This document shows, in pieces, positions 26,196 to 35,494 of a stretch of 64,000 nt of DNA. The stretch comes from a virus. The stretch lies in IMG/VR virus record IMGVR_UViG_3300011116_000416, positions 1 through 64,000 of that record; one strand, 5' to 3'. The notes beneath the pieces were generated by a model. That model saw only the letters and a program-made list of their open reading frames with translations. It ran no database searches and had not been told where the DNA came from. Position 1 is the stretch's first letter. Each line of letters starts with the position of its first letter. The translations under genes were made by a program, and so were the position numbers.

Positions 26196-26406
26196 ACTTC
26201 TTCACCAACTTGGATGGTATGTTCCAACCATCTTTACCAGCTTCAAAGCGATTGGTGATGAACCATTTGTTATTTTTAAACATAGCATTTGGTGACATCC
26301 ACGCTGTTTGAGATACCCTGGACTCTACTACGGTCCAGCCATCCCATGATAGAGACTTGTTGTTTTCTACAATTATCTCCATCTGCTCTAGTGATTTAAT
26401 TAACAT
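26185..26406 (-). CDS. Hypothetical phage protein
   Basis: LSWDGWTVV motif; ORF track. Confidence 0.7.
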   Translation of the reverse strand: MLIKSLEQMEIIVENNKSLSWDGWTVVESRVSQTAWMSPNAMFKNNKWFITNRFEAGKDGWNIPSKLVKKYAE

Positions 26407-26420
26407 AATCACCCTTTCGT

Positions 26421-26771
26421 TTAGTAACGATATACTCCGACTTCGATATCTTTTGCTTCTGCAAAATCTACCAATTCAGATACTGGCTCTTTTGGTTTGC
26501 TAAAATATGCAAAGTATCCAATATCGTGAATATTTTCTTTTATCCACTTGGGTGGAATCTTAATAAGTTTAATTTTGATATTACGAGCTTTTAGGCTTCT
26601 CTCCGAGATATTTCTAAACTCCATACCCATCTGGTTAATCTGTAGAGGACCAGCGGAAGCAATAACAAACTCTGTGTCATCTTCTTTCATGCTAGAAAGT
26701 GCAACACCCATGGCTCTTAGAAAAACATTGTAATCATTAAAATTCTTTGTTCCTTGAATTGCCACTATCAT
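26421..26771 (-). CDS. SLOG / YspA-like protein
   Basis: MIVAIQGTKNFNDY N-terminus resembles YspA/DUF2493 SLOG proteins. Confidence 0.55.
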   Translation of the reverse strand: MIVAIQGTKNFNDYNVFLRAMGVALSSMKEDDTEFVIASAGPLQINQMGMEFRNISERSLKARNIKIKLIKIPPKWIKENIHDIGYFAYFSKPKEPVSELVDFAEAKDIEVGVYRY

Positions 26772-27147
26772 TGTTATCTCCTTCCGTCAACTTTTCTACA
26801 ATGAATATTACTCTATCTAATTCTACCTTATCAAGGTTATGCGTGTCAACCCTTTTCTTAGAATCTCTATCAATTTGTCCATCTATAAAATCTGCGGTAA
26901 CTAGATAGCCATCCTCAATCCAATAAACAGCATCACCATACACCAGTGCACGGTGCGAAGATTTTTTTCTGTTGTTGAGTGATTGAGTGTCATTTGATTT
27001 TTTAATAAAATAAATTTTGATTAAATCAAACTTCCTACTTTGAGAAAACAAGGGTACTGAAAGTTTGGGACTAATGTTCCTATTAATCTTTATATTAAGA
27101 AAAATAAGCGATAGCAAGGTTATCAGAGAACCCAAGAAATATTCCAT
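26737..27147 (-). CDS. Membrane-anchored hypothetical protein
   Basis: N-terminal hydrophobic helix. Confidence 0.65.
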   Translation of the reverse strand: MEYFLGSLITLLSLIFLNIKINRNISPKLSVPLFSQSRKFDLIKIYFIKKSNDTQSLNNRKKSSHRALVYGDAVYWIEDGYLVTADFIDGQIDRDSKKRVDTHNLDKVELDRVIFIVEKLTEGDNNDSGNSRNKEF

Positions 27148-27149
27148 AA

Positions 27150-27371
27150 TTAATCACCTATTTTGCTACGCTCGTCTATAATCTGATAAGCAAATTGGTT
27201 CATTGCTTTCTGTGCTTTCTCATTACTTAGAATACCCTCGTAATGATGGGCACAGAAAAGCAAATCACCTGCTGTTCCAATAGTTTGAACATAGGCTTGT
27301 GCATTACAGACATCGCATCTGTGGGTTGCATCCAAAACCCATTTCTTTTCTTCTATTAGATTATTTGTCAT
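27150..27371 (-). CDS. Zinc-binding actinophage protein
   Basis: RCDVCNAQAYV...LLFCAHH. Confidence 0.7.
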   Translation of the reverse strand: MTNNLIEEKKWVLDATHRCDVCNAQAYVQTIGTAGDLLFCAHHYEGILSNEKAQKAMNQFAYQIIDERSKIGD

Positions 27372-27537
27372 TTGAGTAAAATCCTCCACCATTAAATTTA
27401 ATTGCTCCAACCGAGTATACCTTATTCATTGGTATATTGCAAGACTTGCATAGGAATTCTTTATCTGCATCAGAAAAAGACCTCACATCCGTATCAATCT
27501 TGTCACACTTAGGGCATTGAAATTTATAGGTTGGCAT
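27361..27537 (-). CDS. FmdB-family zinc-ribbon protein (58 aa)
   Basis: Translated by hand: MPTYKFQCPKC...CKSC...FNGGGFYSNDK. Confidence 0.8.
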   Translation of the reverse strand: MPTYKFQCPKCDKIDTDVRSFSDADKEFLCKSCNIPMNKVYSVGAIKFNGGGFYSNDK

Positions 27538-27542
27538 GATAT

Positions 27543-28007
27543 TTACTTTGCTGAGTTTGCTAGAATGTGCTTTAGTGGGTCAACCAGGTCTTCGTATGGA
27601 GCCAAGTGAATGTTTGGATTGCTCCAAGCCTTATTAGCCTTACCAATAGACATGTGGAGGTGAGCCCCAGTACTGGCTGTACCGCTGGGAGTATTCTTTC
27701 CACCGCCCACAAGACCAATGGTGTCTCCAAGCTTAACCTTAGCATCTTTCTTCAATGGTGACTGTTCTGCTAGGTGAGCATAAAGCACAAAGTATCCATC
27801 CTTTGCTGAGTGAACCAGGAACCATCCTAGAACATCAGACCAAGCATTTACGAATACAGTTCCATCAGTGATTGCTGGAATTGGAGACTTCTCCTTTGGT
27901 GCCCAGTCCTGACCACGGTGTGGTCTACCCTGACGATATGGTGCTAGATTTCCAAATTCATCTCCACGAGTTTTAGCAGGAAATGGCTCTTTGTAAATTA
28001 CTGTCAT
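27543..28007 (-). CDS. M23 family peptidase (putative endolysin / cell-wall hydrolase)
   Basis: HRGQD (HxxxD), YAHL, GTASTGAHLH, DPL. Confidence 0.88.
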   Translation of the reverse strand: MTVIYKEPFPAKTRGDEFGNLAPYRQGRPHRGQDWAPKEKSPIPAITDGTVFVNAWSDVLGWFLVHSAKDGYFVLYAHLAEQSPLKKDAKVKLGDTIGLVGGGKNTPSGTASTGAHLHMSIGKANKAWSNPNIHLAPYEDLVDPLKHILANSAK

Positions 28008-28073
28008 ATTTCTACTTCCTTTCAAAAAGTATTCTATGAACTATTCATAGTAATATAATTATAACATTCTTAC

Positions 28074-28149
28074 TGGAGCTACCTGTGGGATTCGAACCCA
28101 CCACCTATGCATTACAAGTGCATTGCTCTACCGAATGAGCTAAGGTAGC
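28074..28149 (-). tRNA. tRNA-Thr(TGT)
   Basis: ATGCA-CTTGTAA-TGCAT arm; GGTTCGAATCC; CCA encoded. Confidence 0.95.
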
Positions 28150-28153
28150 GTTG

Positions 28154-28227
28154 CGACTTCGATGGGACTTGAACCCACGACCTGTTGCCTGACAAACAAC
28201 TGCTCTAACCAACTGAGCTACGAAGCC
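28154..28227 (-). tRNA. tRNA-Asp(GTC)
   Basis: GTTGT-TTGTCAG-GCAAC arm; GGTTCAAGTCC; no CCA encoded. Confidence 0.88.
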
Positions 28228-28228
28228 T

Positions 28229-28302
28229 TGGAGCGTGTAGGGAGAATCGAACTCCCACTACAACCTTGGCAAGGTTGGGCACTACCATTATGCAACACAC
28301 GC
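28229..28302 (-). tRNA. tRNA-Gly(GCC)
   Basis: CAACC-TTGCCAA-GGTTG arm; CCA encoded. Confidence 0.93.
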
Positions 28303-28306
28303 ATTG

Positions 28307-28378
28307 CTCCCCCTTCTGGACTCGAACCAGAAACCTTAGAGTTAACAGCTCTCTGCTCTGCCATTGAGCTAAAGGGGA
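28307..28378 (-). tRNA. tRNA-Asn(GTT)
   Basis: AGAG-CTGTTAA-CTCT arm; GGTTCGAGTCC. Confidence 0.92.
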
Positions 28379-28385
28379 ATGCTAG

Positions 28386-28628
28386 TTAAAGTGTGTAGCC
28401 ACTGTTAGTTGCTCGCCATACAGACGGAGCATGATTCTCTTCTACAGCCAACTTGGTTGCTTCATCTTCATACAATCTTAGAACATGGATGCAATCATCT
28501 GCCCCTTGCTCCCATCCAGCATCTTCTTCTGCAGTTGTTGGTAATCCATCGTGGATAGCACAAACAGCAGGACCACAGAATCCAAGGCTAATGCCTTCCT
28601 GTAGCCATTCGTCAAACGACTTTTCCAT
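28386..28628 (-). CDS. Hypothetical actinophage protein
   Basis: FCGPAVCAIHDGLP...DDCIHVLRLY motif. Confidence 0.75.
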   Translation of the reverse strand: MEKSFDEWLQEGISLGFCGPAVCAIHDGLPTTAEEDAGWEQGADDCIHVLRLYEDEATKLAVEENHAPSVWRATNSGYTL

Positions 28629-28685
28629 AGAAAAACCCCTTTCAGGTCTATATCAATTATAGGGCACCAAAAGGGGTTTGTCAAG

Positions 28686-28982
28686 TTATTTCTTAGATGT
28701 GCTAGATGTTTGTTCATCTTTAGCAACATCTTTAAGAGCAACTGTCTGGCGGAAAGCAGCATCAATCTCATTACGAGATAGTTTGCCATCTTCCAGGAAT
28801 GCTAGGGATAGTAGTTCTACTACCTTGGCTACCGCCAAAATACCACCCATAACAGCACTGAACCAAACTGGGATATCAATTCCGCTTACACCGCTTGCAA
28901 CGGTACCAGCACCAACTACTCCAAGTGCCGATGCAACGAAAGTTGCAACGATACGCATAAGGACATTACCGAATGTTTTCAT
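28686..28982 (-). CDS. Two-TM membrane protein with EF-hand-like tail
   Basis: Two hydrophobic helices; EDGKLSRNEIDAAF. Confidence 0.75.
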   Translation of the reverse strand: MKTFGNVLMRIVATFVASALGVVGAGTVASGVSGIDIPVWFSAVMGGILAVAKVVELLSLAFLEDGKLSRNEIDAAFRQTVALKDVAKDEQTSSTSKK

Positions 28983-29161
28983 TAGTCTTCCTCCTTATCT
29001 TTAGGGTTTCTGAGTCTATAGGTCAAAGCCCACAATACAGTGCTACCAAGAATACAGTAGCCTACAACAGTTTTTGCTGAACCTTCAAGAACAATCCAGG
29101 CAACAAACATACCAAGAAGTGTCCATAGTTGGTTAATCATATCACTCAAAAAATCTTTCAT
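28982..29161 (-). CDS. Small two-TM membrane protein (59 aa)
   Basis: Translated by hand: MKDFLSDMINQLWTLLGMFVAWIVLEGSAKTVVGYCILGSTVLWALTYRLRNPKDKEED; TAATG coupling on both sides. Confidence 0.75.
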   Translation of the reverse strand: MKDFLSDMINQLWTLLGMFVAWIVLEGSAKTVVGYCILGSTVLWALTYRLRNPKDKEED

Positions 29162-29433
29162 TATGTTCTCCTTCTAGCAGAACCAGACGATGCCGAAGCA
29201 CTTGCCGCAGCAGCTGCTTGTGTAGCCATAGCCGCTGCCTGTGTTGCAATCTGTGTAACGATAATTGCTGATACCACAACCTTTTGTGCTTTTTCACGAA
29301 CTGCTGGTGGTAGGTCAGCACCGATATTATTCAGAGCATTTAATGCATCAGCAAGCCCTTCAAATACCGCCCCCACTAGTGGGATGTCTGCGACTGGGTT
29401 AGTCCCAAACTCCTTGGGGGGAATTATTTTGGG
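29161..29433 (-). CDS. C-terminal TM-anchor extension of the PA14 protein (-1 frame)
   Basis: Open -1 frame from slippery site CCCAAAA to stop at 29161; VVVSAIIVTQIA helix plus RRRT. Confidence 0.65.
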   Translation of the reverse strand, partial: PKIIPPKEFGTNPVADIPLVGAVFEGLADALNALNNIGADLPPAVREKAQKVVVSAIIVTQIATQAAAMATQAAAAASASASSGSARRRT

Positions 29434-30875
29434 TCTGGTACAAATGTTGGTCTAGGAACATATGCTCCATCTGCCATCGGTCTATTCGTCACCTTCTTCG
29501 GCTTTCTTTTATCCTTTGCTGTTGGCTTAGGAATGTTTGCTAAATCTAATTTTGCTTGAGCCAATTGTGCCTCTAATTCATCTACACGATTAACGGCACT
29601 CTGAATACCAGCAAATGTACTGGCATATTCTGCTTTTAGGTCTCTTAGATTTGCATCTTTAATAGCCTTATCATCACTTCTGAATTGCCATTCATTTTCT
29701 GCGTTATTCATTATTGTCTCAAATTGTTCTAGTGTATTTCGTTTACTTGCAAGGTCTCCACTCAATGAAACATAAGTTAGCCATTTGCCATCATAAACAT
29801 TTTCTGCAATGATGTATGTATTATATTTTTGTTCTTCTACAGCTACTGCAGCAACGAAAGCCGCTGTCTTCTGGTCTAGAACTACTTTCTTTGCAGGGTC
29901 TTTTACCCAAGTAGCAGCAGCATCTTGAGTAAAGAATGAAGTAGGAGCCACTGCCCATTGACCACCTTGTGGCTGATAGTTCAAAGTAGAACATGCACCG
30001 CCAGTCCACTCATAGAACCAAGCGTCAATAGTGTAAGATTTACCACCAGTAAAAGAGAATACACCAGTTGAGTTAGCCCCACAACCTTTCAACGACCAGT
30101 CATTAATAATTTGCTGACCATTAATTTTCATGTAAAAACCATCATCAGCAGGTGCCTGAAAATAAACTTTTGTTGTTGTTGGGTATGTAATGTATCCACG
30201 ATAATTAAGCATAATGTAGTCACCACCACAACCAAAAATACTTCCGCTACCCCAGTTAGCGTTAATGTTGCTTACCGTAACTGTTTTACACTTTGTATAT
30301 ACAACATCAGAACGACTTGGTGGATTGCCATTTCTATTAATACCAACATAGATATCGACAACCAGTCCTGGCTGAGTACCCTGACCACCTTCATTAATAA
30401 GTTGTGTATCATAATTGTTTTGAGCAATATTCATTTCTACTTCTGCATTATCTGCATTAGCCTGTGCAACAAGATAATCATTGTAAGTATTATCTACCAC
30501 ATCAGCGGCTGCATTAACATCGACAATTGCTACAGATACTAATTGCTCTGCTTCCTGAACCTGTGCATACCAAGAGTCATAATCACCCTTTTTAGACAAA
30601 TAATCTGATGAAGCAATGTCTAATGCTTCTTGTGCTTCTGTAGCCGCTGTCTGGGCTGAGTTAATCAATACCGCTTGGTCATTAGACGAATTTGTCCAGC
30701 TATCTAAATTTGCCTGAGCAGCATTAAGTTGATTTTGTAGGTCTGCAATCTTTGCTTGTGCATCTGCTACCTTGCGATTATAGTCATCTGTTGTGTCTGC
30801 ATACGCTAAAGGTGTTGCAATCATAAACAAACAGGATAGGGCTAATCCTACTGTAAATTTAAAAATTTTTTTCAT
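29424..30875 (-). CDS. Secreted coiled-coil protein with PA14-like domain
   Basis: Signal peptide (AYA-D), coiled coils, INANWGSG...YRGYI...ADDGF.MKING...WFYEWTGGA. Confidence 0.8.
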   Translation of the reverse strand: MKKIFKFTVGLALSCLFMIATPLAYADTTDDYNRKVADAQAKIADLQNQLNAAQANLDSWTNSSNDQAVLINSAQTAATEAQEALDIASSDYLSKKGDYDSWYAQVQEAEQLVSVAIVDVNAAADVVDNTYNDYLVAQANADNAEVEMNIAQNNYDTQLINEGGQGTQPGLVVDIYVGINRNGNPPSRSDVVYTKCKTVTVSNINANWGSGSIFGCGGDYIMLNYRGYITYPTTTKVYFQAPADDGFYMKINGQQIINDWSLKGCGANSTGVFSFTGGKSYTIDAWFYEWTGGACSTLNYQPQGGQWAVAPTSFFTQDAAATWVKDPAKKVVLDQKTAAFVAAVAVEEQKYNTYIIAENVYDGKWLTYVSLSGDLASKRNTLEQFETIMNNAENEWQFRSDDKAIKDANLRDLKAEYASTFAGIQSAVNRVDELEAQLAQAKLDLANIPKPTAKDKRKPKKVTNRPMADGAYVPRPTFVPDPK

Positions 30876-30920
30876 GGGGTTCTCCTAGTCAGAGGCATCT
30901 GACAAGACTATTATACCATT

Positions 30921-31085
30921 CTATTCGTAAGAAAGGTTATCGTTCTTTTTGCTTGGAGCCATTCGAGTTTGATTTTGATATCTATTTTGGCTCATTTTGT
31001 ATTGACTGCGTAACAGATTTCGTGGTCTTCGTAGATGCCAGTGCTGGCTTTTACGATGGTGAAATGGTGTCACGTTATTAGCCAT
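30921..31085 (-). CDS. Small basic hypothetical protein (54 aa)
   Basis: MANNVTPFHHRKSQHWHLRRPRN...; GGAG RBS and TGATATAAT upstream. Confidence 0.45.
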   Translation of the reverse strand: MANNVTPFHHRKSQHWHLRRPRNLLRSQYKMSQNRYQNQTRMAPSKKNDNLSYE

Positions 31086-31110
31086 GTTGCTCCATGACTT
31101 TATTATATCA

Positions 31111-32907
31111 TTACATTATATTAATGTTGAACTGTTTGAAATAGGCATCCAAGTCTTTTTGTTCTGGTCTATTTCTTTCAATGATTGAACGCTTATCCCA
31201 TTCGTGCATATCTTCAACTTTTCTATCCCTAAAGGTATGTATTTCTACCATTTGATTTTGGTTTCTAGGTGTGTGAGATATTGCACCAAAAATTGCACCA
31301 CAGACAGCATCTGCCAAGTCTTTTGATGATTTACGAGGGTGGTCAACACGATTACCCTTCATAATCTTAAGTTCTGTTAGTTCGTGAAATAGCAGTTCGA
31401 TTGCTGGCATTACTAGACGCTCTTCATAAATAAGCATAGCCATATCTTCATAGTGCTTCTTTGCAACAGAAACAGTTTCGGTACGAATACCCACAGACTT
31501 TAGCTCATTCTGGATATCAAATGACTGCCAGCGGTCAAAGCTTACCATACCGATATCAAAGCCCAGCCTACGCAGATTTTGAATCCATTGCTTCACTTCT
31601 GATAGGTTTACTGGACCTTCAATGCGTGGCTCCCACCATACTACTGCATCTACTACTACGATAGGCATTACTTGTGAGTAGTCTTTAACTACCTGGACAT
31701 TTACCCATTTTTCAACGTGAGCAATAGCAACCGCACACTTGTCGTGCTTTTGTGCAAGGTCAGCATGGACAAAGTATTTCTTTTCTGGGTCAGGCTTAAA
31801 GGATTCTATAAAACTCTTGTTTGTGTCAATTGGATTTACGACAGTCATACAGGCACGAACCTTGTCCTGTTGCTTGAAAAATGCGTCAGACATGTATGTT
31901 GGAATACAGGCAAAACGCTGCATAGCATCGCCAAGGTCTGTATAAAAGGCTAGTTTAAAATCATCGATTTTACGAGTAGGATTGACCACCCATGTTGGTC
32001 TTTTAATGGCAAACATTCCTGGAAACTTGTAGGATAGAATATTGTCTTCTTCCCACTCAATCTCAAGGCTGTTGCCCTCAGCATCTTCGGGTAGGTCTGG
32101 ATTCATAATAAACTTATGTTTCTTTACTATGACTTCTTTGTCTGCAATTACCTCGTCATATCTAGTCGAAATAAAGTCTCCAGGGTATCTAGGAAAGGAT
32201 AGTAGGGCAACTTTGCCTAAATCTGGAAAACGGCTGTCTACGGAGGCACGGAAGGCTTTATAGATGTTGTCTGCGGTCTTTCCCTGCTCGTTTCCTGTGC
32301 CCACCTCTTGTGCAAAACCAGAAATCTCGTCCAGTACTGCCAAGATAAGGTTAAGACCCTCGTGAGACTCACGTTCTGAGTGACCAGAATAAACAGTAAT
32401 AGCTTTATTAAACTCAATGCTGTCTACCTTGGCATAGTATTTACCAGCAAACCATGGGGACTTTTCTACCTTAGTTTTAAAGCCTTTAAAAAACACGTTC
32501 TTAGCCTGTTGTGCGTTAATAGCGATGTTAATAATATCGATGGCATCTCCAGATGGTTTGCCAAAATAGCGAGCAGGGTCTTTCAAACAAAGGAGTTTAT
32601 AGACCACATAGCAACAAGCCACAGTAGATACAAAGTCTTTACCAGAACCCTTACCAAGCTGTAGGATAACCTCATTCTTTGTGTATTTTGCATAATGCTT
32701 GCGACCAGCATCATCACCCATTACCTCAATTAATTCTTCCAGTTTATAGATTTGGCTCATAGCCTCTACAATGTCATACTGAATATCTGATAGCCCTGGC
32801 TGACCCAAAAAGTCTTCGCCTTCAACAAATGTCTTTACGTCTACTGGCTTTTCTTCGAATACGTTACTCTTAAGTACCTCAATGAAATCATTGAACATCA
32901 TGGACAA
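31111..32907 (-). CDS. terL: Terminase large subunit
   Basis: Walker A LGKGSGKD, Walker B VLDEISG, nuclease HADLA..HD and DHP..SSKDLADA. Confidence 0.9.
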   Translation of the reverse strand: MSMMFNDFIEVLKSNVFEEKPVDVKTFVEGEDFLGQPGLSDIQYDIVEAMSQIYKLEELIEVMGDDAGRKHYAKYTKNEVILQLGKGSGKDFVSTVACCYVVYKLLCLKDPARYFGKPSGDAIDIINIAINAQQAKNVFFKGFKTKVEKSPWFAGKYYAKVDSIEFNKAITVYSGHSERESHEGLNLILAVLDEISGFAQEVGTGNEQGKTADNIYKAFRASVDSRFPDLGKVALLSFPRYPGDFISTRYDEVIADKEVIVKKHKFIMNPDLPEDAEGNSLEIEWEEDNILSYKFPGMFAIKRPTWVVNPTRKIDDFKLAFYTDLGDAMQRFACIPTYMSDAFFKQQDKVRACMTVVNPIDTNKSFIESFKPDPEKKYFVHADLAQKHDKCAVAIAHVEKWVNVQVVKDYSQVMPIVVVDAVVWWEPRIEGPVNLSEVKQWIQNLRRLGFDIGMVSFDRWQSFDIQNELKSVGIRTETVSVAKKHYEDMAMLIYEERLVMPAIELLFHELTELKIMKGNRVDHPRKSSKDLADAVCGAIFGAISHTPRNQNQMVEIHTFRDRKVEDMHEWDKRSIIERNRPEQKDLDAYFKQFNINIM

Positions 32908-33424
32908 TTGTAATTACCTCTTGTTCTTTTGATACCGCAGAAAGTCTACGCATAATCTCGTCTCGAATCTCTGGATACTCTGAAGCAACATCTCTTAAAA
33001 TACCAACAAGAATATCTTGCTTGCGTTCAATCTCTACCATCTCTTCTGCAAGTTCTTTATTTTCTAGCAAGCCAGCCTTTTGTAGCATATCAATACGCTT
33101 ACTTTCAATATCTAAAACAAGTTTGATTGCACCAGTCTTAGCACCAAGATTTCCATTGGTCGTGGCATCGTCAATAACTTCGTATGCCTTGTTAATAAGT
33201 TTATTAAAGTGTGCGTCAGCACCTGCAAGAGCTTCTTTAGCTCTAGCACGAATAATAGAATTGTCTGCTGCAAGCTGCTTCCACTGATTGATATGAGAAA
33301 CAACTTTATTTCTTGATAGCGAAAGTTCTTTAGAAATCTGAGTAGGCTCAACACCCTGGAGATACTTCTCCACAACTTTGTTCATCTCGTCAAGATGTTC
33401 AACCGTTAGGTCTTCAATCGACAT
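32888..33424 (-). CDS. HTH protein, putative terminase small subunit
   Basis: N-terminal HTH (PTQISKELSLSRNKV), helical body, directly upstream of terL. Confidence 0.55.
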   Translation of the reverse strand: MSIEDLTVEHLDEMNKVVEKYLQGVEPTQISKELSLSRNKVVSHINQWKQLAADNSIIRARAKEALAGADAHFNKLINKAYEVIDDATTNGNLGAKTGAIKLVLDIESKRIDMLQKAGLLENKELAEEMVEIERKQDILVGILRDVASEYPEIRDEIMRRLSAVSKEQEVITIVHDVQ

Positions 33425-33701
33425 TCTTTTTCCTTCTTCCACGCTTTGTTGGAATTCTCTTTATCCTGTTTGGATAAAATGAACGCCAAGATGAAGGCTT
33501 ACCCTTATCCAACTCAAAGCAATCTATCCAAGAAACGCCTGTTTCGGTATTGGTCACAAGGCTATCAAATTGGAACTTTAAGCCATGTTCTCCATCTATT
33601 TTAATGATATCACCTTTGGAGATAGTAAAGTTGCCAAATTGCAACTGGTACTCTCTGCTAAACTTTGTGGTTTGTGGCTTGCTTGCCTTTACTTTTTTCA
33701 T
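33414..33701 (-). CDS. Hypothetical phage protein
   Basis: ORF track. Confidence 0.7.
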   Translation of the reverse strand: MKKVKASKPQTTKFSREYQLQFGNFTISKGDIIKIDGEHGLKFQFDSLVTNTETGVSWIDCFELDKGKPSSWRSFYPNRIKRIPTKRGRRKKNVD

Positions 33702-33853
33702 CTCTTAGACTTCCTTAATCCAAACTTGGCTAGATATACATAGATTGTTTCTACGCTGGCTCCGCATTCTTTAGCGATTTCCTCTGCACTCTTCTTGTCT
33801 ATCCAATAACGTTTGCGTAGCCATGCTTCATTAGTGTAAAACTTATTTGCCAT
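33698..33853 (-). CDS. Small HTH DNA-binding protein
   Basis: WLRKRY...SAEEIAKECGASVETIY.YL.KFGL. Confidence 0.75.
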   Translation of the reverse strand: MANKFYTNEAWLRKRYWIDKKSAEEIAKECGASVETIYVYLAKFGLRKSKR

Positions 33854-34419
33854 TAGTACCCTCCAAATGCCTTGGTCCAGTTGTGAATAGCCCAATGCCC
33901 AATGGCACAGGCATCGGCAACATCATCATCTACCAAGTGTTTATCATAGTTTATATTAACAAAGTTTATTGTTCTTTGCTTGCGAATATTTCGTTCCTCA
34001 TTTTTAAGCCAGGAGTTCGACTTCTTAGGGTTGTCTTTCATAATCTGAAGTTTTTCTTCCTTAGTTAGTTTCTTGTTGCCAATAAAGTTTTGCCAAGTTA
34101 TTGGGGATACAGAGCCTATGTGCTTTACCCCAGACATAGATGCAGCCCCAAGAAGTGCTCCCTGGACCATAGCCAATTGTGCAGCAGTCTTTGGACTGTT
34201 CATAAATACTGTATGTTCTATTACAATTGTGTCAAAGTCAAAGTTGTCAAAGAACTGTTTTGTTTTCTTGGCTGCATCCATAACTTTTTCATATGTGCTT
34301 GCACCCTCAAACTTAATCTTGCCACAAGCAGTTATCTTACCATTGTCAAATATTGCAAAGGCTAGGCTGTTAGTGCTAGCATCAATAGCACAGAATTTTT
34401 TAGAGTTCAATTTTACCAT
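33853..34419 (-). CDS. ruvC: RuvC-like Holliday junction resolvase
   Basis: AIDAST, IVIEH, DDDVADACAIG. Confidence 0.8.
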   Translation of the reverse strand: MVKLNSKKFCAIDASTNSLAFAIFDNGKITACGKIKFEGASTYEKVMDAAKKTKQFFDNFDFDTIVIEHTVFMNSPKTAAQLAMVQGALLGAASMSGVKHIGSVSPITWQNFIGNKKLTKEEKLQIMKDNPKKSNSWLKNEERNIRKQRTINFVNINYDKHLVDDDVADACAIGHWAIHNWTKAFGGY

Positions 34420-34696
34420 TTACAATACCTCTAATTTCTTTAAGAGCATTTTTGACTTCATCTGGAACTACCTCACAAGACTGACAAACAGTTTCTTCTG
34501 TATAGATAGACAATTGCTTGCCACAGTTTTTGCAAAGTCTAACCTTGCCAATACGCTTCTTAATCTTATTCTTTAAATATTTTTCTGCAATTTTTTGTTT
34601 TGTTGCTTGCTCCCTGCATTCAGCAGAGCAGTATATCTGATAAGATAATGTAGTTTCAAACTGATGGTCGCACCAGCTACAGTGTTTGGTTTTCAT
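34400..34696 (-). CDS. Zinc-finger protein
   Basis: CSWC, YCSAEC, CKNC, CQSC. Confidence 0.75.
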   Translation of the reverse strand: MKTKHCSWCDHQFETTLSYQIYCSAECREQATKQKIAEKYLKNKIKKRIGKVRLCKNCGKQLSIYTEETVCQSCEVVPDEVKNALKEIRGIVNGKIEL

Positions 34697-35486
34697 CTAA
34701 CGGCTCCAGAGAATTTAGTTTTATCTCTCCAGAACCAGCAGACTCACAGGCTTCCTTAATTGGACATACCTTGCAAATCTTTGAATTAGAACGATAGTTC
34801 TTCGTAGGCAAGGTTTTGTCTTCCCATGCTTTACGAACCTGTCGCATCCATTCAAATGTGTTCTCTACCCACTCATACATGTACTGATTTAGTTCAACAG
34901 GGAACACCAACAATTCGTGGTTATTCTTGTTTTCATAAATTAGTACAGCTTTGCTCTTGTTCAAAATCTTCATATAGATAAGCAACTGAACTAGGTGTCC
35001 AGTTTTTGGCTTGCCAGCAGCTTTTCTATACTCAAAGCCCTCGTGAGGCATTGTCTTGATTTCTCCAAGTAACTCTTTTTCATCCCAGTTTAGAATAACG
35101 TCACCAAATCCGAAGATTGGTGGGTCATTATATGTCACCTTAAATTCAGAATCAACTAGAAGTCCTGGTACGTTTGCCATTGCTTCCTGTATTCTTTCAT
35201 GTGACTTAGTTCCAGCTGTCATATTTGCAGCACCATAGGCATCAGCATTGTCTGTAAATACCGCACCCTCAAACGCAAGATACCAGTATCTAGGACACTC
35301 ACCAAACGCATAAGCGATTGTGCTAGGTGCAAACGACTTCTTCTGCTGGAACTTGTCTACACGATTAACTGTGTATCCAGAATTAATTTTTGCAATCAGT
35401 TCTTCTTTGTTCAAGAAAGATGGTTTTGATTCTGGATTAGATTCTACTTTCTTAAGCATAACCTGATTTAATAAGTTTTTAGCCAT
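34677..35486 (-). CDS. Cas4-like PD-(D/E)XK exonuclease
   Basis: ECPRYWY, GTKSHERIQ, GDVI..EIKT, QLLIYM, CKVCPIKEAC. Confidence 0.8.
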   Translation of the reverse strand: MAKNLLNQVMLKKVESNPESKPSFLNKEELIAKINSGYTVNRVDKFQQKKSFAPSTIAYAFGECPRYWYLAFEGAVFTDNADAYGAANMTAGTKSHERIQEAMANVPGLLVDSEFKVTYNDPPIFGFGDVILNWDEKELLGEIKTMPHEGFEYRKAAGKPKTGHLVQLLIYMKILNKSKAVLIYENKNNHELLVFPVELNQYMYEWVENTFEWMRQVRKAWEDKTLPTKNYRSNSKICKVCPIKEACESAGSGEIKLNSLEPLDENQTL

Positions 35487-35494
35487 AGTAGCCA

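Noticed and set aside
28162-28389. 75-aa + strand ORF
   Set aside because: It is the antisense reading of the tRNA cluster (GLEP/RIEL patterns)
30954-30994. tRNA-like fragment (TGGAGCCATTCGAG...)
   Set aside because: No cloverleaf can be formed; the region is better explained by a small minus-strand ORF
34677-35486. Cas4-like gene as evidence of a CRISPR system
   Set aside because: Solitary Cas4-like nucleases are common in phage recombination modules; here it sits with RecA and RuvC
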